This document shows positions 25,059 through 37,518 of a DNA stretch of 64,000 nucleotides, one piece after another. The notes below the pieces were generated by a model that was given only the letters and a program-made list of their open reading frames with translations, ran no database searches and was not told the origin of the DNA. Each line of letters starts with the position of its first letter. Position 1 is the first letter of the stretch. The translations under genes were made by a program, and so were the position numbers. Source of the stretch: Hydrolagus affinis (lineage: Eukaryota); NCBI GenBank assembly GCA_012026655.1, contig JAAILG010000309.1, forward strand, positions 1 to 64,000, in the 5' to 3' direction.

Positions 25059-25380
25059 CTAGCTATACACCCGCGTAACATATGCGCCCTAGTGTTTTTG
25101 AACACGTTTATTCATACATTTCAAAACTTTTTTTAAAATAATGTATGGGTTGTTTACAAAAGAAAGGGTGAGCTTCAATCACTGGGTTGTTTTTCTTTGT
25201 TTTTTTTAAGCTTTATTGGTTTTTGTTTTCCTGTTAGAAGTTCATTGTTACAATTGCGGAAACATACCTAAGGCTTTTATATATAATATATATTTAGAGA
25301 TTTATAAATAGAAGATAGATTTGACACAGCACCATCCGCGTCAGGAGGCCACAATTGCGGAAACATACCTAAGGCTTATG

Positions 25381-25414
<34 letters not shown>

Positions 25415-25427
25415 GTATATAGATAGA
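25059..25427 (-). mobile_element. Non-autonomous Helitron-like element with a duplicated 5' terminus
   Basis: Minus strand: A|TCTATA... start, GC hairpin GCGCATATGTTACGC about 11 nt before the terminal CTAG|T, no TSD. ACAATTGCGGAAACATACCTAAGGCTT occurs twice. Confidence 0.65.
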
Positions 25428-25820
25428 TAATAATAATCCTTGCATTTGATACGGTGCTTTTCACGTCTTCTAGACGTCTCAAAGCGCTTCTCAGAATATA
25501 CTGTGAAGTGAATTGACTGTATATGTGTGGGCGAAACTCGGCAGCCAATTGCGCACAGCAGTGTCCCACAAACAGGCGTGGATTGAATTGACCAAACTAT
25601 TATATATTTTTTGAGGGATTATTATCAGGCGTGTGGAGTAAGGAAACATGTCCAGGGTTTCGTCCAGCCTGGAATCAAACCCAGATCTCTCGCTTGTAAG
25701 GCGAGTACTCTAACCAGCGCCTTGGGACGTCCTCCTCCAGCACCTTGTTCTCCTGACATGAAGGGAGCTATACTAGTGTAATTTTGTTGTGGTTGTAACC
25801 ACTGAGCTACAGGATTCCAC
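25428..25820 (-). mobile_element. tRNA-Deu-L2 SINE with an L2 tail nested in its tRNA head
   Basis: Family consensus interrupted at 25717-25795; TAACCA is duplicated on both sides of the insert. Confidence 0.88.
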
Positions 25821-26573
25821 TCACTTGACTTTAGGATTCATTGTGAACTTTGTTAATGCTGGAAATTTTTGTGGACAGCTAGATGGGGACATTTCCCACT
25901 TGGTGGAATGGAATGTCTCTCTTCACCTAAAGAGTTGTGCTTGCTTAATTCAGGGAAGTTGCGGGCATTGGATCGGCAGAATTCAGTGCTGTGCGTTTGG
26001 AATATAGAACATTTTAATTTTTTTTACCCAATATTGCGTTCAGGCGCACCCTGGTCTGGGAGTGGATGATGAGCCAATTTCGTAGCCAGTTCCCGAGCTA
26101 CTTGACGTTGGCTGGCTCTAGTACTGCAATACATTTCCAAGCATGTCAAAATGTCTCAGTTGGTTTATTTAATATTTAGATTTTAGATGATTCAGACCTT
26201 GAGGTAGACCTTTAATGGCTTGTATTTCTATGCATTCTGTATGCCTTCCCCCCACCACCCCACTTTGTGTAGTTTGCTCTGAATCCTTTGCCTCTGTGTG
26301 AGCAATTGTTGTGCGAGCTTCAGCTTCCTCTCCACCTCCTTTATTTGGTGTCCATGAAATTCAGGAATGCAATATGTAGGAAGGCTTAAGTTCAAACCTA
26401 CGCCTGCTTTGTTTCACCGATACCAAGAAATGAGTTTTATCTCTATGGCTCTATTGATATGATCATGAAACCAGTCTGTTCATGAATCACATTGCCAAAT
26501 CTAATGCGCTCATGAATGCCGCATGCGGATCTTGTGAGCGATGTGTTAATTGGACAATTCTTTTCTTTTTCAG

Positions 26574-26708
26574 TGAACACCTACCTGTTTATGATGCAAG
26601 CCCAGGGCATCATGATTAGAGAGAGCGTGAAAACAATAGGATCCCAAGTCTATGAACAAGTGGTTCGAAGCACTTATGCAAAGACAAACGGCAGCCTGAA
26701 TGGTACAG
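26574..26708 (+). CDS. B4GALT5: Beta-1,4-galactosyltransferase 5, coding exon 2
   Basis: cag|TG...ACAG|gt, 135 bp; (V)NTYLFMMQAQGIMIRESVKTIGSQVYEQVVRSTYAKTNGSLNGT matches the B4GALT5 stem region. Confidence 0.95.
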
Positions 26709-27089
26709 GTAACTACACAGTAATCAGGTTACCTCCTTTAATAGTAATATTAATAATAAGATGCAGATTATGTATCCTGCGAATTCAGACTGACTGGCTA
26801 CTGTTATGTTTATATATCAGAGAAACAATATCCATTTGGTTGCCCATGTATGATACCTGGAGGAAAGCATTTTCACTCGCACACTTAACAATTCTCTTCC
26901 CGTTGGCAAATTGGTTAAAGACACATACAAGACCAAGTAAACCTTTTAATGTAAATCTCCCAACTGCACAATGCAAATCTTGTGCGGGAGGGATTCAAAT
27001 TGAGCAATGCTTGTATAGTTAATCTGTGTACAGTGCCTTTGTACACGTTGCTGATTTGAATCTACAGCTTTCAGGCTGCAGGGGTTAAA

Positions 27090-27330
27090 TACATAGGAAC
27101 CATAGAAACATCCATAGTTCTGATGAAGGCCATTGGGCCCATTGTGTCTGTGCTAGTGACCTCGAACAATCCTTTCAGTCCCATTTACCTGCCCTTTCCC
27201 CATACCCCTGGAGCTGACTCTTTTGATGATCTCTGTCTCGTTCCTTCTTCAAGACCAACATGGAGGTTTGCCTCAATTACAACTATTTTGTGCATGAAAA
27301 CATTTCTCCTAACTCTGCAATTCGCTCTCT
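27090..27330 (-). mobile_element. CR1 3' fragment
   Basis: Minus-strand ATGGGCCCAATGGCCTTC followed by TTTCTATG-like tail repeats. Confidence 0.5.
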
Positions 27331-29036
27331 AGTTACTGACTCATTCAAATAATTTGCTCTGGAATATCCGGGTTTTGAAATTTACTAACATTAAAAAGCA
27401 ACACCCAGCATTAATAATTAATAAGTATAATAAATGGAATTAATAATAATTCGAGGAGTATTATTATTACCATTTCCTTTTCATTGAAGAAAATTGGAAA
27501 ACACATTACTCGTTTCATAATCAAATTGGTAGAAAAAAATCCCAATGTTGTATTAAAGCTAAAGTACACACTCATTATTTGGTTAATAAAATACTTTTAT
27601 TTGGTTTTTAGGATAAACATTTTAAGATGATTACTCTAGTCATTACTAGAAACATTATCTACAGTCTGATTATATAGCAATATGATTACTGCAATTGCTG
27701 TATTTCTATATTCAGCTTGACATAAGAAAAAGTACGGCAGAGCAGTATAGGGAGGGATTACTGGAGCCAGATGCAGAGATTTTTACTGTTCATCCGCAAG
27801 AATAAAGTCCACTTCGGAGACTGCACTAACAGCTCCAATGCTTTGTCATGCAGATTTCCTTGGTACCCAGTAACCGATTCTACTGCAAACCTGCCTTGAC
27901 TGAAGAGGATGATTGATGTGGTGGGGGGTGGGGCTTGGTGGAAAAAGGCAGGAAGGGAAAAAATTGAGTGTTAAATTCAACTCTATTTTAAACTAAGTCT
28001 GACATTGAGAAAGAATGCAATTAATAATCCTGATTCATTAGGTCAATGCTGACTTTTTACCCCTAACCTCCCCCCTGCCTCAATTATTTTAACCTGATGG
28101 CTTAAAATTCAGGTCATTCCTTTTGTGTAGTACTGTTAGCCACTGCCTGTGATTTTTAACGAGTGAAATTTCAATTGAAAGCGTATGGGAAAGCACCTGA
28201 TGCGTTAAGTTATTTTTTAATTGATTGTTGCGACGCAAATATTGCTAAGCTTCTATGCAAGACACTATACTACAAAAACAAAATTACATTTTGTTTTTGT
28301 AATTTTCACGTCGGGTGGACGTTCCCAAGGTGCTGAACAGTCAGGGGTAGGGAACCAAGCACGGGGGAGTGGGAGGGTGGGGAGGGGAGGGAGAGAGGTG
28401 GGAGTACACTGTGGGAGCACGGCATATACTACACTAAGACGCTATGTGAAGTGAATCGGAGTTAAATGACGCGCAAACCATTTTGGGGACATTCTGTGCC
28501 TGAGTGATCCAAAACGTGAGGCATTTTGAAAGGCGCCAGCCAGTCATTATTTTAATTCTGCCTCACATTGTCGTACTGTATACGTACAAAACATCCAACC
28601 AGCACACTGATCACAACTGAAAATGTTGGTGTGTGTGTGTGTGTTTGGGAGGGGGTGGAACAACGACAACATTATTGTCACCCAATGATTTGGGTCTGGT
28701 GAACTCGAGGTGCGTTACAACTGATCCGCGAAACAAATTGATCCACTTTTGGGGTCACCTAGTCTCTGTTTACGATGTGGCTGACCCCTTCGGGCACTCA
28801 GCCTACAGGGAGCCAAGCCAGCCAGGGTTCAGCGGCTGTTAGACACGAGCTAAAAGCACTAGCGAGTGCTGGCCATGATTGGAAGAATGCTGCACTTCTG
28901 GTAACCTTGGTGACCAGGATGGATACCCGTTCTTGTAAGTGGGCTCGTGCTCCGGCCGAGAGTGTTGTGTAATGGTGTAATCCTTTCTGTACCTGTTTAT
29001 CGAGTCTCCTATGCTCCGTCTCTCTTATGCCCTCAG

Positions 29037-29150
29037 ATTATCCGGATGATTTAAATCGCAGTGAAACTATTCTACAAGCTACGACGTTTCTTCCGGAGGA
29101 TTTTACCTACCTTCCACACCTACTCTGCCCTGAAAGACTCCCTTTTATGA
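29037..29150 (+). CDS. B4GALT5: B4GALT5 exon 3
   Basis: cag|AT...ATGA|gtgagt, 114 bp; (D)YPDDLNRSETILQATTFLPEDFTYLPHLLCPERLPFM. Confidence 0.95.
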
Positions 29151-29324
29151 GTGAGTGTTGTGAAAAGTCATGTCACTGTTTTTGTTAAAAAAAAATCTGT
29201 GCTAAAATTAACCCGAACTGTAAGAATTTGCTTCGTCCTTTTTGAAGCTGTAGCTGGAATATTTTACAGTGCAGGAATGAAATCCACTCAAAATTGGAAA
29301 CTGCTTTAGAGATGTGTTATGATA

Positions 29325-29419
29325 CGGGGTGACCAAAACGTTATTAATTTTTTTAAATCATAATTTCTTTTAAAACGTGTTAGACATTGTAATGTTATCA
29401 CGACTATTTGGTCACCCAG
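29325..29419. mobile_element. Tiny mariner-like MITE
   Basis: TA-CGGGGTGACCAAA ... TTTGGTCACCCAG-TA: 13-bp TIR with one mismatch and TA on both flanks. Confidence 0.65.
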
Positions 29420-31397
29420 TATAATAAACAAACCAATGGAAAAAGGGAATCAAAAGTCATTGATACAAATACACTTTCAATAATAGAAAACCTTTTAGTT
29501 TGGTTGTTTTGTCAGTTGCTCTATGTTCTTGCGCTTGGAAGAATGTTGTGACGTACTCTACAGTTAAATTGGAAGGGTTTGTTCAGCCTTGCGGAAGTGC
29601 GGGTTTGGAGGTAATCGTCTCGATTTAGCAACTACGAAACATCGACAGGGATCAGATGATTCCAGTTATGTAAGACTTCTTAAGTCTGCCCTGAAGAATT
29701 TATTTTTGTTTTGCCTGGAGCTTCTGCACAAACCAGTACCTCACCTGTTAATTGAAGCCTTGATTGTCTACCTTGGGTTCGATTGCCGACAGGGTGAAGT
29801 TTCCTTACTCCACGCAACTGATAATTATCCCTGAAAAAAACCAAAAACGCTAATAAAATTGGTCATGAAATTTTAAACAGGAAAGAAAAAGTAAAGTCTG
29901 AAAAATACTTTAGGGTGCAACATGACAGTGAAATGGTTAGACATAGGTTTACAGTATGTTCTGCGATGAGCTTTGAGACGTCTTAAAAACATGAAAAGTG
30001 CCATATCAAATGCAAAGATTATCGTTATGTCTTATAGGATTGTATTGCAATCTTTCTATTCCACCAAACTCCCCCCAAATACACCCATTTATGATGCCCG
30101 CATTTTTATTTCTTGCACGTTGGAAAGTAAGCTTAACGAAACAATCACATTTAAGGGGAAATAAAAAAAATGGAATATCACTTCTGCTGTGTAAACAAGA
30201 CTCCCATCACATCTCGGAAGCCACTTGCAGTAACCTATCCCCATGCCCCTTTCTCTTTTATTCAAACAAAAATCAAGGAATTTGGTCTTACGTTAGTTAT
30301 TTTTCCTTCCTTTCCCACTCTGAAAACAAACGACCTGGAATGTTAACGTGCGTGATAATCTTGCTTGCACCACACTGGCCGAGGGCCTACTTACTGTGCA
30401 TATAAACGGTTTAAATGAATCTTAAACAAGTGAGTCCTTTCAGTTAAATAGTTGGACTTGATTGCCTCCTGTTCCAGCTGTTCTCGCCACCTTCCAGGTG
30501 AGCTGAGGTGGCAGACACGATGGGGAATCCGACTGCATCTGTCACTGCTTCATATGCTGCTTGGGCAAGTAGGTCAGGCCCGAGGTGGAAGGGGTTGGGG
30601 GAAAGCAGCTGCAGTGTGTGGAACCTGCTCTCACTCAAGATAGTTCAAGGGCTGATTAGCACAAAAGCTACTTCTACGAACTGGCAGATGGCAGAACTAC
30701 AGGATCAGCAATTCCACTGTTTAAAGTGCTGTTACTGAAGGTGTATTATGTATTTTTTTCAGTCTGTCTTCAGGGAACTGTCAGTAGAAGGGTAATAGTG
30801 TAAATGGAGCGTTGGGAATTAGGAATGCAAATTTATCACTGTAGTCTCACTGCTCTTAAACTGTTAACTAAATAACAGTACATCCTGCCTTTTCATTAGT
30901 ACTGTCAGGATCTGGTATAGTGTAATGTTATGCATGGTGTCTTTTATTAACTCTTATTTCTACATGACACCCACAATTAGCATATCAAAGTAGCAGCATC
31001 TCTGAGCGCTTGTATAAACTATGAAACTCTGCAAGTTTAGATATTGCTTTTCTGAGTATATTTTCTTTGTTGGAGTGATGGTGTGTGTGTGTGTGTCTCT
31101 CTCTCCAGTTTCCCTGCAGGAGTCAGCAATCCTCTAGTTTCAAGCCACTCAGAACAAAAATAATCTTGATGTAACAAACGTTATCTGTACGAAAGGAGTT
31201 GATCAAATGCATTAGGAAAGCCACCGGAAATTGTATTTGTTTCCTCCTTGTTCCCTGAACACTTAAAGCCACTATGCTTTTTTGATTGTAGTTTCCACGA
31301 TGTGATTTCTAGAATTGCTCAGTGCTGCGCTCAGCATTTCATGCGCTGACAACATTTAACAAAACCTGACCTTTTCATTCCTACTGTTTCCACACAG

Positions 31398-31522
31398 AAG
31401 GGCCAATTGATGTAAACATGACTGAACTATCACTGGAAGAGATTCATCAGTACTTTTTGAAGGATCCCTATATACAGCTGGGTGGTCACTGGAAACCTAA
31501 AGATTGTATTCCTCGCTGGAAG
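31398..31522 (+). CDS. B4GALT5: B4GALT5 exon 4
   Basis: 125 bp; (K)GPIDVNMTELSLEEIHQYFLKDPYIQLGGHWKPKDCIPRWK; AG/GT boundaries. Confidence 0.95.
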
Positions 31523-31893
31523 GTACACAATTATTGCCTGCTTTACAAACAAAAATGTTTTTGCCCTTCCTGTAGTTTGTTAAGTTCTAAATGAGTATTG
31601 TGTGTGTCTTTCTTTTTAAAAAAATGTAGATTTCACATTGGGTTTGGCCTGATTGTTTCTTTGTAAATGGAGTTCCTGTGTGATATTACCATCAGGCAAT
31701 TCTTTGTACGATTATCACAACTTCCCCTTCTATTATTATTTTATACGTATCAAATCAACTTTCTCTGCAGCAATAACCTAGGTAACCATGAACCAACTTC
31801 ACAAATAATTAAAAGAGTCCCTTACCGAATGCCATTGACGGTTCCAGTCGGATCTACTGACTCTTATGGATTTGAACTATTACCTTGTTTCAG

Positions 31894-32010
31894 GTGGCGA
31901 TTTTGATCCCATTCCGTAACCGACATGAACATCTACCGATCCTCTTAAGACATTTGATTCCAATGCTGCAGCACCAGCGCTTGCAATTCGCTTTCTACGT
32001 AATTGAGCAG
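31894..32010 (+). CDS. B4GALT5: B4GALT5 exon 5
   Basis: 117 bp; VAILIPFRNRHEHLPILLRHLIPMLQHQRLQFAFYVIEQ, with the GT7 PFRNR motif. Confidence 0.97.
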
Positions 32011-32102
32011 GTAAATAACATTTTCAATGCCTGCAAACATGTATCATCACAGGCAGATTCAGGATCTCGCCTCATTCTGCAATGTGCGTTCTCTCCTATT
32101 AG

Positions 32103-32290
32103 GCCGGAATGCAGCCATTTAACCGCGCTATGCTGTTCAACGTTGGATTTATGGAGGCATTGAAAGACGAGGATTGGGATTGTGTCATCTTTCATGATGT
32201 CGATCATATACCTGAAAACGATCGCAACTACTATGGGTGTGGAAACATGCCAAGACACTTTGCTGCTAAACTGGATAAGTACATGTACCT
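32103..32290 (+). CDS. B4GALT5: B4GALT5 exon 6
   Basis: 188 bp; AGMQPFNRAMLFNVGF...IFHDVDHIPENDRNYYGCGNMPRHFAAKLDKYMYL, with the DVD metal-binding motif. Confidence 0.97.
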
Positions 32291-32708
32291 GTAAGTCCTG
32301 TTCTATGAGTTGCAGTCCACTATGCTTTCCATCCCCCCCTAACTCTAAACCTTCTCTAACACTATACCATGAGCGTCACTGGAAATTGTGGTCTGAGGCT
32401 GCTTTTCTTTGTATGCAAGAAATCATCCAGAGATGCACGAGTGGACAAGGTTCACTTACGACTTGCATTCATTCTGTGATTTTTAACTAGTTTCCAGCCA
32501 CACTGCTGCCTATTAAATGGTGCACATTGTACCTGATATTGAGCAACAAAAAGTTTAAACACAAATATGTAAAATTTAATAATAATACTTGCAGTTATTA
32601 TAGCACCTTATCATGTTGTCATCTTATGTTGAAGCGCTTTACGGAATATAACATAAAGTGTATATTTTGTGAGCAAAACTGAGTTTGTATGTTTTTCTTT
32701 TTCTACAG

Positions 32709-32831
32709 GCTTCCTTATAACGAATTTTTTGGCGGTGTGAGTGGATTGACAGTGGAGCAGTTTAGGAAAATTAATGGTTTTCCGAACGCTTTCTGGGGTT
32801 GGGGAGGTGAAGATGATGATCTGTGGAATCG
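32709..32831 (+). CDS. B4GALT5: B4GALT5 exon 7
   Basis: 123 bp; LPYNEFFGGVSGLTVEQFRKINGFPNAFWGWGGEDDDLWN(R), with the WGWGGEDDD motif. Confidence 0.97.
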
Positions 32832-34067
32832 GTAGGTCACGTTTCATTAGCAAATGGAGCCTTGGTTTATGGATAGAATTCTGTGTAGAGTCACATTTGT
32901 TGAACAAAGAAATATCAGTCCCGCTTCACATTCCTTACAGTATTATTGACAGCCAAGCTTTTAGACACTACGTTCTCTGGAACAAAAATGTACTTCCCTC
33001 TCTCTCGGACACTCCTTGTTCCCAATTCTTTTGACTTTCTTTTAAAAAAAAATACCTTATGGGTAATTCTCTCAGTTACCCTTGTTAACCCCAGTGCTAT
33101 TTATCCCACTTTACTTGATGATCCACATTCTTGTAAAGCACTTCGGAAAAAGCTATCCTACCGGAAAGGCACTTTGCAAATACACTTTGCAATTGAGAAA
33201 ACCACTGGTAAATTAAAATAAGGGCAGAGGGGAAAGGCTGTAAATGGTGTGGCCGTTATTACATCAGTTGTTCAAAAATTAATATATTGATGCAGAAACA
33301 CAGGCTATTTTGCAATAAAAATAGTGTGTATGTGTGTAGCTCTCCCTCTTCCACATCATTAAGATCAATTTTTTTGATGCAACAAAGAGAATATTCTTGC
33401 GCATTCTTAAGTCGAAAACCGTTTTACCTCAGATGCTGTTAAGGTGACTTCCCGTTCCTAGACTGTATTGCTCGTTAGCAAAGGGAGGCTAATAAATGAG
33501 TTGCGTTACTTCTCCAATTCTCCCATTTATTTCCTCTTCCTCACCGGTTTGGAACAGAGCCCAGTTACGCAAGTGATCTGGCACGATTAAAAGGTCAGCA
33601 GTCAGTGTTGGGGAAACCTTTCTCAATTCCACTTACTTCCTCCCATTTTATCAGGGCTTTTATGCTGGTTATCTTCCGCCACTTGGTATACAGAAGCTGG
33701 GGATAAGGGAATACATCAGTGGTGGAGAAACTGAATCACATTAACTGTTTTATGGAACGATTATTTGGAAACGGAATATTTAGATTTACGTTTAACCGAT
33801 AAGTTGTCAAGGCTATTTGTTGTCAGTTTAAACCCTACTGTACCTCAGAGGCGAGTAGCGTCTGTACTATCTTATTATTTGGCCTGTAATCTTGTTGAAG
33901 CTTACTGATCTTGCTGAAAATTCGGTGTTGTTATAATTCAAAAACCCCATCACCATAGGAAGATGAATAAACATTTCCCTTGTGGTTTCATTGCAATTGT
34001 GTGAGATTCACAAATCTTGCCATCGGGAATACTTGTTAACTAGTTTTATTTTTGAATAATAACAACA

Positions 34068-34245
34068 TTAATAGCAATAATCCTTGCATTTGATGTAGCG
34101 CTTTTCACGTCTTCTCGATGTCTTAAAGCGCTTCACTGAATATACTGTAAAGTGAAGTAACCGTATATTTGTGGGTGAAACAAGGCAGCCAATTGTGCAC
34201 AGCAGTGTCCCACAAACAGTCGTGGATGGAGTGACTCAATTATTT
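34068..34245 (-). mobile_element. Truncated Deu-L2 SINE
   Basis: Core and tail on the minus strand in B4GALT5 intron 7. Confidence 0.85.
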
Positions 34246-34302
34246 TTTATTTAAAAATACATTTTATATAATGCATCTAAATAGTGATTATTTTTCTTTC
34301 AG

Positions 34303-34404
34303 GGTTCAGTATGCTGGTTTTACTGCAACAAGACCTGATGGTGATTTAGGAAAATATAAATCTATCCCCCATCACCATCGAGGGGAGGTACAATTCTTGG
34401 GAAG
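34303..34404 (+). CDS. B4GALT5: B4GALT5 exon 8
   Basis: 102 bp; VQYAGFTATRPDGDLGKYKSIPHHHRGEVQFLG(R). Confidence 0.96.
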
Positions 34405-34643
34405 GTGAGTGAAAATGTCATTGTCGCGTGTTTGCTTGATATGTTTCTTTCAATCCCGATAGAATCACTGGGGTTGGAGTGGAAAACCTACTTGAACCAG
34501 TTTTTGGTCCCTGTTCTAATGGCTCTCAGTGCGTCTTGCTGATCAAAAATCGCACGACTGATTTGTGACTCTGAAAAAGTCCCATTTCAATTCTGGCTTG
34601 GGTGCTGCTGCAATCTAATCAGTCCTGTTAATTTGGAATACTG

Positions 34644-34970
34644 TGTGGTGTCCTGTAGCTCAGTAGTTAGAACACTCACCTCACAAGTGAGTGTAAGACC
34701 CGAGTTCAATTCCAGGCGGAAACCTTGGGCAAGTTTCCTTACTCCACACACCTGATAATAATCCCTCAAAAAAAAAAAAAAATTGGTCATTTCAATCCAC
34801 GATTGTTTGTGGGAGACTGCTGTGGGCAATTGGCTGCCGCGTTTCGCCCACATATATACAGTCGATTCACTTTACAGTATATTCTGTGACGCGCTTTGAG
34901 ACGCCTAGAAGATGTGAACCGGGCTATATCAAATGCAAAGATTATTATTATTTGATCATTATTATTATTA
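34644..34970 (+). mobile_element. tRNA-Deu-L2 SINE
   Basis: Full family consensus in B4GALT5 intron 8. Confidence 0.88.
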
Positions 34971-35163
34971 CTCACCTGGCTCGGGAACTAGACTACTGAG
35001 ACCGCCACAGAAGATTGATTCTATTCTGATATTCTGTTGCCAAGCACGTCAGCCTAGAACCAGCTCAGTTTATCTTTTTAATCAGAGGTTGAGGTAGAGA
35101 GAAAGAGAAGAAAATTAACTCTTTTTGATGTGCCTTGTTTTGACACTATTTTCTTGTTTGCAG

Positions 35164-35311
35164 ATATGCTTTATTGAGACACTCTAAAGAGAGGCAACAG
35201 GTCGATGGCCTCTGTAACTTGAAGTACTTTCCAAATATCACAGTTGACGCCTTGTTTAAAAACATAACTGTGAAGTTGACACCGGAGCTGGCTCCAGTGA
35301 ATGAATATTAA
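35164..35311 (+). CDS. B4GALT5: B4GALT5 exon 9 (last coding exon, stop TAA)
   Basis: YALLRHSKERQQVDGLCNLKYFPNITVDALFKNITVKLTPELAPVNEY*; the C-terminus resembles B4GALT5 (TPELAQVNEY) more than B4GALT6. Confidence 0.95.
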
Positions 35312-36215
35312 GTTATAACAGACATTAGGGTCTCTTGCCAAGAGAAAACATGATGGATGGATGGACTTTTGGAATTTTTACTGGTAAAGATCTGCAGCAA
35401 TCCAAGCAAAGGGCAGTTCGACCTTGAGGAAGAAACGAGAGGTTAGATATAACTTCAGAAATCAAGTTGTGCCATAGTCCTAAAAAGGACTATGTAGCGG
35501 AATTGATGGTTCCAAACAAAGTCTAACAAGGACTTCAGCGCCACTCGGTAATGGACTCCCCATCAGTGTATTCCTTTCCTCCCTCCTTCCTCGTGGATGA
35601 CAGTGCCACTGATAATCAAGAAGGGAAAAAAATGAATCTCAAGCAACCCATGTCGTAGGAACGAATTGAAACCTGCCCCAAGGCCACAGACCTGTTTGAA
35701 CTCGCTGTACTGTGTGTTATCTTGGTGTAGGATGCCGAGTGCAAATGGGCATCCGCCTTTCCAATCACTGAAGACTCAATTAAACTTACTGAAATTTTTT
35801 TTTAATTCATTATCAATGAATGCACTTATTCCGGAAGATATCTTATTTGTAAATAACTTATGTGAATTGCCTTTTTTTTACAGTCTGCTGAACCATAAGT
35901 CTTTACATGTTGAGATTACGGAAGGCAAGTGTTTGTGCATATGTAAGGCATAGAACAAACTCAAAATAATACCCTCAATTTTTTCAATACCATATCACGA
36001 TTTTGCCATGTTTTACTGCTACACTCTGATGTTGATATGGTTTATGGATTGCTTGTAGAATGTTTTTCCCCCCACCCACCCCTGACGTCTTATTTGAAGT
36101 GTTGCCTCACATTGCTCGGTGTATATGATTATATCTTTGCATTCTGACTTATTTTGTTAAGCGAATGGGTGCGTGTGCCAATGTTAGATATTTAGATGAA
36201 TTGAGATGAGACATT

Positions 36216-36523
36216 GTGGAGTCCTGTAGCTTAGTGGTTGGAGTACTCACCTTACAAGTGTGAAACTTGTGTTTGAATCCTTGCAGGGCAAAACCTTGGG
36301 CAAGTTTCCTTATTCTATATGCCTGATAAAAAAAAAATCCCTCAAAAAAAATGTTATTCGTCATTTCAATCCACAACTGTTTGTGGGACCCTGCTGTGCG
36401 CAATTGGCTGCTGCATTTCACCTAAAATATACAGTCAATTCACTTCACAGTATATTCTGCGAAGCGCTTTGAGACATCCAGAAGACATGAAAAGCACTAT
36501 ATCAAATGCAAGGATTATTATTA
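36216..36523 (+). mobile_element. tRNA-Deu-L2 SINE inside the putative B4GALT5 3'UTR
   Basis: Full family consensus. Confidence 0.88.
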
Positions 36524-37512
36524 TACAGAGGCATTTCTATTCCCTTATTGCCAGCTCAAAGGTGCAAGACTGAGGTGCAGGAAGTAAGTCAGAAGATTAT
36601 GGTATTTGCGTCTCTTCTGAGCAGGGTCAATGAGGACTTCCAGATGTTGTACAACCACTGAATTAATTTATTTTTTAAGTTTCTGAAAAGTTTTTCCTAA
36701 TGTTCTGTATTCAGAGGTCCAATTGTCTTCTAGCTGATTGTTTTTTGTTATCGGGCTGAACTTGTTCCCTGTCCCCAAAACCCTTCCACTTCCCGATGAA
36801 CAACTGGACTGATCAAACCATTGTTAAACTTGACTGGTATAAAATAGTAGTGTTTTTTTTTGTTGGTTACCCTGTTATGCTAGTGCTCTTCAACACAGAA
36901 TAAGATGTGGGATGGCATCTAGGATTCCCTCAGCAGAGCTCAGTAATGGGATGAGATGCTTTTCAGTTGGGGTTCAAGATACTGTTCTTTGACAAACTTG
37001 CTCGCAAGCCACTGTCACGGATCTATTAGCAGAGCCCCAGCAAGTAGGAAGAAATAAATATAAATATATATAATGTATATGATGTCTATTTTTATATTCA
37101 TCTGTAGTTTACATCTGGTATGACTATCCCATGATACCCATCCAAATGTGCTGCGGTGGTGAAATGACACACAGATCCTGCTGTTTACAGAGGGAACAAC
37201 CCAATTTCAGTAGACGTTAGATTTGTGGCAACGTAATTTTCACAGCCAAGATGAGAGGGCGTCCGCGAGGATTGTCCTTGAAAGGCTGGTGACTTTAGGC
37301 TTCTCGAATGTTACTGTGGGATGTTAAGGCAATGTTTCATGAAGGACCATTGCATGCACTCTTCAGAAGACCGGATATGAGGCAGTAAGAGTGTAAGGTC
37401 AAAAAGAGAACATCTAAGTGTTTTTTTTTTCCTCCACCTAATTTTGTGATACTGCTGACTCTGGATTATTTTAAAAAACTTAGCTTAAGTTGCTATTTCG
37501 CTTTAGTGCAAC

Positions 37513-37518
37513 AATAAA
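37513..37518 (+). terminator. Candidate proximal polyadenylation signal of B4GALT5
   Basis: AATAAA downstream of the stop codon. Confidence 0.35.

Noticed and set aside
1-26573. B4GALT5 exon 1 (cytoplasmic tail and TM anchor ending ...YVAPGI)
   Set aside because: I found no matching coding sequence in the window; it probably lies upstream of base 1.
28690-28975. GC-richer patch with short ORFs upstream of B4GALT5 exon 3
   Set aside because: No recognisable protein motif, repeat termini or consistent pair of splice sites.
31395-31400. NAGNAG tandem acceptors (B4GALT5 exon 4 CAGAAG; CDH26 exon 7 TAGAAGGAG)
   Set aside because: Common motif, the proximal YAG is normally dominant, and there is no evidence of alternative use.
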